NCBI RefSeq assembly: GCF_001194135.2
Contig: NC_068981.1
Span: 85,937,244 to 86,001,243, forward strand
Length of the DNA: 64,000 nt
Direction of reading: 5' to 3'
Origin: Octopus bimaculoides
Lineage: Eukaryota
Every line of letters begins with the position of its first letter. Positions within the stretch are counted from its first letter, which is position 1. The position numbers were made by a program, and so were the translations under genes. Below, in pieces: positions 61,686 through 64,000 of the stretch. Under the pieces are notes generated by a model. The model did not search any database and had not been told where the DNA came from. It worked only from the letters and a program-made list of their open reading frames with translations.

Positions 61686-63574
61686 TAACAGTTAAAAGAT
61701 ACGTTTTGATATGAAGTTTTAGTAATTCAGTCATATAGATAACTTTTGTCAAATGATATCTATTTGTCAGGCTGTAAATATACGATACAAATTTAGAAAC
61801 AGGCTCATTAAATTTCTTTTTTTTTTATTATACCAACATAGAGAAAAGTATTCGAGCGTAAATGTGAGCTACATGCCAAGACAAATAGACATGTTTTCCG
61901 ATATAAATAGATGCTTTTTTTTTTTGTATCCGTTTCGTTGCACAGAAACCTAATAGTCAACGCATCAATGCTGTTGGCATTGGTAAATTACCCTGGAACA
62001 TAAGTAAAAACATGCTATATAGACTCACTCTCGAGTGTTATATTTCTTGCTTTCATCTTTATAAGGGAATCTCAAAAATTTGATAATGTCTGTAACAAGA
62101 ATAAATGTATATATATGTCATGCCTAGCTCTCATATAGGATACGTTAGGTAGGTTTGTGTGCGTTTGAGAGAGAGACAGAGAAAGATGGAGAGAGAGAGA
62201 GATAGACAGAGATAAAAGTGTGTATGTATATACATATATATATGTATATGTATACACACAGCAACATACTCACACAAACGTACGCCCCTCCCACATACAG
62301 GCTAGGTGGTTCTGAGATTTGGTTCAAAATGTGAAAGTAACTTTTTGAATTGGGGATTAACAGGATACTGAAACACGCTGAAAGTAACTTCTTAAACTTT
62401 TTTCCGCCATATAATATTACACACACACATACACGCGCGCACACACACACACACACACACNNNNNNNNNNNNNNNNNNNNNNNNNNNNNNNNNNNNNNNN
62501 NNNNNNNNNNNNNNNNNNNNNNNNNNNNNNNNNNNNNNNNNNNNNNNNNNNNNNNNNNNNNNNNNNNNNNNNNNNNNNNNNNNNNNNNNNNNNNNNNNNN
62601 NNNNNNNNNNNNNNNNNNNNNNNNNNNNNNNNNNNNNNNNNNNNNNNNNNNNNNNNNNNNNNNNNNNNNNNNNNNNNNNNNNNNNNNNNNNNNNNNNNNN
62701 NNNNNNNNNNNNNNNNNNNNNNNNNNNNNNNNNNNNNNNNNNNNNNNNNNNNNNNNNNNNNNNNNNNNNNNNNNNNNNNNNNNNNNNNNNNNNNNNNNNN
62801 NNNNNNNNNNNNNNNNNNNNNNNNNNNNNNNNNNNNNNCGTCCACGCTGGGGCACCACCGTGAAGAACTTTTTAGTCGAATGAATCGACCGCACTACTTT
62901 TTTTATACCTGGTACTTACTTAATCGTTCTCTTTTGCCGAACCACTAGGTTATGGGAGCGTAAACACACCAATACCGGTTGTCAAGTGGTGGTGGGGGGG
63001 AAACAGACACAAGACAAGCTTCTTTCAGTTTCCGTCTACCAAATCCACGCACAAGGCGTTGGAGTGTTTACGTCTCCGTAACTTAGCGGTTCGGCAAGAA
63101 ACCCCTGCAGAATATGTATCAAGCTTTAAAAAAAAAAGTACTGGGGTCGATTCACTCCTCTAAAAATTATTTAAGGCAATACTTCCGCATAGCGGCAGTC
63201 TAATGACTGAAACAAGAAAAAGATAAGAAATAATACCATATATTTTGTAAATGCTTGCCTATGTAGGCATTAAATTATTTATTAAGGCGGTATGGACAAA
63301 TTACCGGGGCAGTTTTCCGAATTTATCGTTGTTTAGTCTCTGACAAGCCCCGACAGTGTGAACACGTGGCCAACAGTGTTCCAGCAGAGGCCATCACATC
63401 TTTTACCAAGGCAGAGTACAGGCAGGACGATATTGGCTAATGTTATGCTGTATTTAACTGAAGGAAAGATAAACTATGAGATATATTCAAATTGTCTCGT
63501 TTAGTCATGCCTGATTAAGCCAAATGGCACATATGTAGTTGTAATGTCTGTAATGTTATTTTTCTAGGGATTGG

Positions 63575-64000
63575 TAAAATATTGTAAAACGCTCGTTAAG
63601 CGTAATTTGTCATCCACTAATAAGCTATGCCAGCACTATGGAATAACAACAGAAGAAAGATGGTATAGGTACACAGCGGAAAAGGTCACAGACAACGAGA
63701 AAGCAACCATACTCTGGGATATGCCAATACACACAGATAGAGAAATTAAGGCCAATAGGCCAGATATAGTTGTCAGAGATCATGAAGAAAAAAAACAACT
63801 TTCTAATTGATGTATCAATACCAGCAGATGACAATGTTTCCCTAAAAGAAATGGAGAAACTTTCAAAATACAAAGACCTGGAAATAGAGGTAACTTGAAT
63901 GTGGAATCTAAAAACAGAAACAATTCCTATCATAGTAGGTGCCTTCGGTATAATAAAAAAAATATTCAGACAAATACATAACAAAAACACCAGGACTTAC
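63575..64000 (+). mobile_element. Second R4/Dong-like LINE fragment (endonuclease region), running off the window
   Basis: LCQHYGI..WY..ILWDMPIHTDREIKANRPDIVV, then frameshifted LIDVSIPADDNVSLKEMEKLSKYKDLEIE; a different subfamily from 14230-16230. Confidence 0.88.

Overview
AT-rich eukaryotic genomic DNA dominated by repeats, with 12 N-gaps and dense microsatellites. The SINE families suggest a cephalopod, most likely Octopus; this rests on my recognition of the SINEs, not on a search. I recognise no confident cellular gene, and no rRNA, true tRNA or CRISPR array. Supported content: (1) dozens of tRNA-derived SINEs in three families (Nin-domain-like, CORE-like, Meta-like); (2) an eroded Tigger/pogo element with both TIRs, a mariner pseudogene, a hAT 3' remnant and small hAT-type MITEs; (3) two R4/Dong-like LINE fragments with a restriction-like endonuclease; (4) about six Penelope-like (PLE) remnants, one carrying a minimal hammerhead ribozyme motif; (5) a 711-bp TIR-bounded element almost filled by an open 175-codon SAP + SWIM-type ORF with no transposase. 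Several phase-consistent clusters of small candidate exons (12.99-13.71 kb, 5.8-6.8 kb, 45.96 kb onward) are given at low confidence. Almost all ORFs in the supplied track are artefacts of microsatellites, gaps or SINEs. All protein-family assignments come from motif recognition by eye.
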